From positions 1-37,617 of the forward strand of contig JBDRDU010000061.1 in assembly GCA_043820455.1 (NCBI GenBank): a stretch of DNA of 37,617 bases, in the 5' to 3' direction. The notes beneath the pieces were generated by a model that did no database searches, was not told the DNA's origin, and saw only the letters and a list, made by a program, of their open reading frames with translations. This stretch comes from a bacterium (GTDB lineage Bacteria > Margulisbacteria > WOR-1 > CAVSGV01). The translations under genes and the position numbers were made by a program. Positions 34,557-37,617 of this stretch are shown here, in pieces. The first letter of the stretch is position 1, and every line of letters begins with the position of its first letter.

Positions 34557-35732
34557 CTATCTCCCTTTATAAAAACCCCATATGTCCACAAGCTTTTTCC
34601 TGGGAATCTTTAACTTAAGATATTCTCTGTGGGGAGCACCGATGATCACGAAATCGCTCTTTCTGACCAATTCGGCAGCGGATATCAGCCCCTCCTCCTT
34701 GATGTGTTCATCCGAGCAGTACACCTTCTTGCATTCGATCTCGCATATTTTCTTGAGCTTATATGCCAAAGATTCCCTTTTGTCATCGCTGTCACCCTTG
34801 AAAGCCATCCCAAGTATCCCGATCTTTTTGTTCTTTATATTATGGCGGGCCTTAAGTATGTTCACCACATATCCAGGGAGACCTTCGTTTATCAGCATGG
34901 CTGAATGCCCCAAGAAAAAATTGTTATTATTGAACGATGCGATCTGCATTGTATCCTTAAAAAGGCAAGGCCCCGCCGTAAACCCCGGCTTCGGCAAAGA
35001 TTTTGCCCTAGGATAGTCCTTTGTTATCGCATTATAAATCCTATTAAAATCAAGGCTGTGATCGCTCGCTATCATATAGAACTGATTGGCAATCGAGAAA
35101 TTGATATACCTATATGCGTTTGTAAAGAGTTTGGCCAACTCCGCCTCTATTGGAGAAAGGAAAATGAGCTTCTTATTTATTTTTCCGAATAACTGAGCGA
35201 CTTCCCTGACAGCTTTCTTCCCGACCCCGGAGATTATCTGGGGGAGCTCACCAATTTCTTTTATTGAATTTCCCTCGGCCACCCTTTCTGGACAGAAAGA
35301 AACATTAACTTTTTTACCATTTCCTTTGAACATGTCACTGATTCTTTCGGTCGTACCAGGGAATACAGTACTTCTTAAGATGATGTTCTGGCCGTTGTGA
35401 AAATATCGCATTAAGTCGCCAAAGAATCTTTTCATAAGATTGAACTTGGGATTTAAATGTTCATCTACAGGCGTCCCTATGACAACAACAATATTTTTTG
35501 ATTGGGAGATGATTTCGGGTCCTTTAAAAGTAAAAAGATTCTTGTTTATGACCTTTTTTAAAATCGCTTCAGCATTCTCCTCTTTGAAGGGAATCCCGGA
35601 TTCATTTATTTTATTTAAAACTTCTTGATTGATATCGTATATCCCGACTTTCAGCCCGGCATCGGCAAACACCAATGCAAGAGGAAGCCCCACATGACCG
35701 CCCCCGCCAATGATAAGAACATCCAGTTTCAT
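34557..35732 (-). CDS. Nucleotide-sugar 6-dehydrogenase (UDP-glucose/GDP-mannose dehydrogenase family)
   Basis: VLIIGGGGHVGLPLALVFA NAD fold, FCPERVAEGN, catalytic-Cys loop GFTAGPCLFKD and C-terminal GMAFKGDSDDKRES. SD GGAGGTG lies upstream. Confidence 0.85.
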   Translation of the reverse strand: MKLDVLIIGGGGHVGLPLALVFADAGLKVGIYDINQEVLNKINESGIPFKEENAEAILKKVINKNLFTFKGPEIISQSKNIVVVIGTPVDEHLNPKFNLMKRFFGDLMRYFHNGQNIILRSTVFPGTTERISDMFKGNGKKVNVSFCPERVAEGNSIKEIGELPQIISGVGKKAVREVAQLFGKINKKLIFLSPIEAELAKLFTNAYRYINFSIANQFYMIASDHSLDFNRIYNAITKDYPRAKSLPKPGFTAGPCLFKDTMQIASFNNNNFFLGHSAMLINEGLPGYVVNILKARHNIKNKKIGILGMAFKGDSDDKRESLAYKLKKICEIECKKVYCSDEHIKEEGLISAAELVRKSDFVIIGAPHREYLKLKIPRKKLVDIWGFYKGR

Positions 35733-35745
35733 TTGAACACCTCCA

Positions 35746-36693
35746 TTATATGAACCATTTCCTTATTTCTTCCGCCTCTACAACCGCCTTCTTCATTATT
35801 TCAGCTCTTTTCCTTAAAGCAAGCGGCAGCTGCATTATCACTTGAGGCCATGCCAGGAATAAATGCGGCTCCCTGAATATCACATAAATTAGCGCTTTAA
35901 TTTCATGCCATAGGATAAAAGGGAAGTCCTTAAAGAAGTTGCTCAAATGATCGTTCTTTATCATCAGAAGGTACCTGTTCTTATATGATTCTCTTCTTAT
36001 CCATCGCGGGACATCAGCTCTGGTTGTCCCCAGCCCCCATCCCCTTCCATGGATGGCTAAGGCTTCCGGAACATAAACGACCATCCAGCCCCTTAACCTT
36101 GCTCTCCAGCAGAGGTCGAGGTCTTCCTTATACAGCTTAAAGGTTTCATCAAAATACTCATTGCGCAATTTAATATCTTCAAGCATTTCTCTTCTGCAAA
36201 GCATGGCCGCCCCGCTGGCGCTGAATATCTCACCCGCTGCATACTGTTTTCTGTCAATTTCCCCCTGCCCTCTGTCAATCGTCCGTCTGTTCCTGAATAT
36301 AACATGCCCCGTTGAGTCGATAGTCCTTCTGTCCGGTCTGAGCAGCTTTCCGGTAACAACACCGATCCTTTCATTCAAATGTACGGCTTCAATCATGCTC
36401 TCCACAAAGCCTTCCTTGATGATCACATCAGGGTTCATGATCAGGACAAATTCCCCAGAACTCTGCTTTATGACATTGTTATGATTTTTTGCAAATCCTT
36501 GTCGGCTTTCATTAATGATCAAATGGACCTTGGGGTACTTGTTCCAAATAAGCTCTGAAACATTATTGGCATTATCAACAACATAAATTTCAAGATTTAT
36601 CTGCAAGTTTACGCTTTTATAAAGCGCGTTGAGGCATTCATCTAAAATACCTTTTTCATCAGTTGCAACTATCGATATTGTTATATTCGTCAT
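35746..36693 (-). CDS. GT2-family glycosyltransferase (rhamnosyltransferase-like)
   Basis: ISIVATDEKG...LEIYVVDNAN, VLIMNPDV (DxD region), GAAMLCRREM and YKEDLDLCWRARLRGW. Confidence 0.8.
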   Translation of the reverse strand: MTNITISIVATDEKGILDECLNALYKSVNLQINLEIYVVDNANNVSELIWNKYPKVHLIINESRQGFAKNHNNVIKQSSGEFVLIMNPDVIIKEGFVESMIEAVHLNERIGVVTGKLLRPDRRTIDSTGHVIFRNRRTIDRGQGEIDRKQYAAGEIFSASGAAMLCRREMLEDIKLRNEYFDETFKLYKEDLDLCWRARLRGWMVVYVPEALAIHGRGWGLGTTRADVPRWIRRESYKNRYLLMIKNDHLSNFFKDFPFILWHEIKALIYVIFREPHLFLAWPQVIMQLPLALRKRAEIMKKAVVEAEEIRKWFI

Positions 36694-36744
36694 TTAATCC
36701 CTTTAGAGTAAAGATCGTCAAGCTTTTCGGCTATTCTATCTCAA

Positions 36745-36750
36745 TTATAG
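36745..36750 (-). promoter_or_regulatory. Candidate -10 hexamer TATAAT in the largest intergenic gap of the window
   Basis: The reverse complement of attata at 36745-36750 is TATAAT, about 50 nt upstream of the GT2 start at 36693. No convincing -35 box lies at 17 nt spacing (TCAGCA). Confidence 0.2.
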
Positions 36751-36851
36751 TTTTCCTCAACTAGACTGCTGACGATAATTGCCAACCTTTTTTACAGCCC
36801 TTCCTGCCCTCTCAAGCAGTATTATAGAAAGATAAAAGCTCAATAAAAGCC

Positions 36852-37617
36852 CTATCCGCCAAGAGCTTGGTTATAAACATTTATGGTTCGCTGCGCCGCT
36901 TTTTTCCAGGAATAACATTGGGCTCTCTGAATCCCTTTTATTGACAGCTCTTCACGCAATTGCTGATTGTTTAATATCTTCATTATTTTAGTCGCAATAT
37001 CTTCGATTGAATATGGGTCAAAAAGCAATGCAGCCTCTCCCACTATTTCCGGAATGCAAGTTGCATTGGCTGCCACAACAGGGGTTCCGCAAGCCATTGC
37101 TTCTACAAGCGGCAGGCCAAATCCCTCGTATAAGGAAGGATATATCAAAGCCTTCGCATCATTGTACAAACACACGAGGTCTTCTTCAGTGACATAAGTC
37201 AAATGCAGGACTTCGGATTGAAGATTAAGTACGTGGATCAAAGAATGAAAATCAGAAGCTTTCACATTTAAGCCCCCCACTAAAACGAGCTGCAAATTAA
37301 AATTTTTCCCCTTAATTTTTTGGAATGCTTCAAGCAACCTTTTTATGTTCCTGCGCGCATGTATTGCTCCGACATGAATAAGATAATCCTTACGGATCCC
37401 GTACTTTAGCCTGGTTTTTTCCAATAAGCTTTGGTCAGCAATTTTCTTGAACGATTCGTCCGGCGCCAAGTAAATGACTTCGATCTTTTTTTCGTCCACT
37501 TTATAGCGCTCGATAATGTCCTTTTTTGTGAATTCAGAATCCGCGATTATCCTTTTTGCCGACTTCACCCCCCATCTGGCAAGCAGACGGAAAGACATGC
37601 CCTTATGAAACGAGAAC
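36852..37617 (-). CDS. GT4-family glycosyltransferase, C-terminal part (5' end outside the window)
   Basis: The reading frame stays open to the window edge upstream of the first ATG (37598). It shows RIIADSEFTKKDI, LVLVGG and ALIYPSLYEGFGLPLVEAMACGTPVV (E-x7-E). Confidence 0.82.
   Translation of the reverse strand, partial: FSFHKGMSFRLLARWGVKSAKRIIADSEFTKKDIIERYKVDEKKIEVIYLAPDESFKKIADQSLLEKTRLKYGIRKDYLIHVGAIHARRNIKRLLEAFQKIKGKNFNLQLVLVGGLNVKASDFHSLIHVLNLQSEVLHLTYVTEEDLVCLYNDAKALIYPSLYEGFGLPLVEAMACGTPVVAANATCIPEIVGEAALLFDPYSIEDIATKIMKILNNQQLREELSIKGIQRAQCYSWKKAAQRTINVYNQALGG

Noticed and set aside
1-37617. Scan for CRISPR repeats, tRNA or rRNA, IS elements, integrases, toxin-antitoxin pairs or known defence-system signatures
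   Set aside because: None was recognised. There are no regularly spaced short repeats, no cloverleaf-like intergenic segments (the gaps are too short), and no transposase, recombinase, nuclease or STAND-ATPase-like translations in any frame of the ORF track.

Overview
Only the 3' end of leuA (2-856) lies on the + strand. Every other credible gene lies on the - strand in one tightly packed array, with gaps mostly 0-50 nt and four ATGA stop/start overlaps. I saw no rRNA, tRNA, CRISPR array, transposase, integrase or recognisable defence genes. Reading the - strand from high to low coordinates there are five blocks. (1) 37617->20809 is a surface-glycan locus. It holds GT4 and GT2 transferases, a nucleotide-sugar dehydrogenase, an SDR, a polyprenyl-phosphate GT2 synthase and two GT-C membrane transferases. 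It also holds rfbD/rfbA/rfbB, a Gmd/Rmd-like SDR, an O-antigen-ligase/TPR fusion and an initiating phosphoglycosyltransferase. Inside it, a truncated second copy of rfbD forms a 376-bp direct repeat around one GT-C gene. (2) 20801->14105 is housekeeping: a TrmH-family methyltransferase, pheS, pheT and mutS. (3) 14108->12933 is an orphan PilX-like pseudopilin with a beta-helix-like C-terminus, ATGA-coupled to mutS. (4) 12928->1108 is an eight-gene alpha-glucan (glycogen) operon built only from GH57 enzymes plus GlgA. It includes a GalT-like HIT enzyme, a stand-alone CBM48, a DUF4912 protein, and a sugar-1-P nucleotidyltransferase fused to a phosphohexomutase-like module whose signature motifs look eroded. 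(5) 1079->840 is a small stand-alone Lrp/AsnC RAM-domain protein. The best candidates for undescribed biology are the non-canonical parts of the glycogen operon: the fusion protein, the DUF4912/CBM48 pair, the GalT-like enzyme, and four tandem SD-like octamers in one leader. The mosaic rfbD-repeat/GT-C region of the glycan locus is also a candidate. All family calls come from motifs read by eye in the supplied translations. No database search, HMM scan or structure prediction was possible, and the source organism cannot be assigned.
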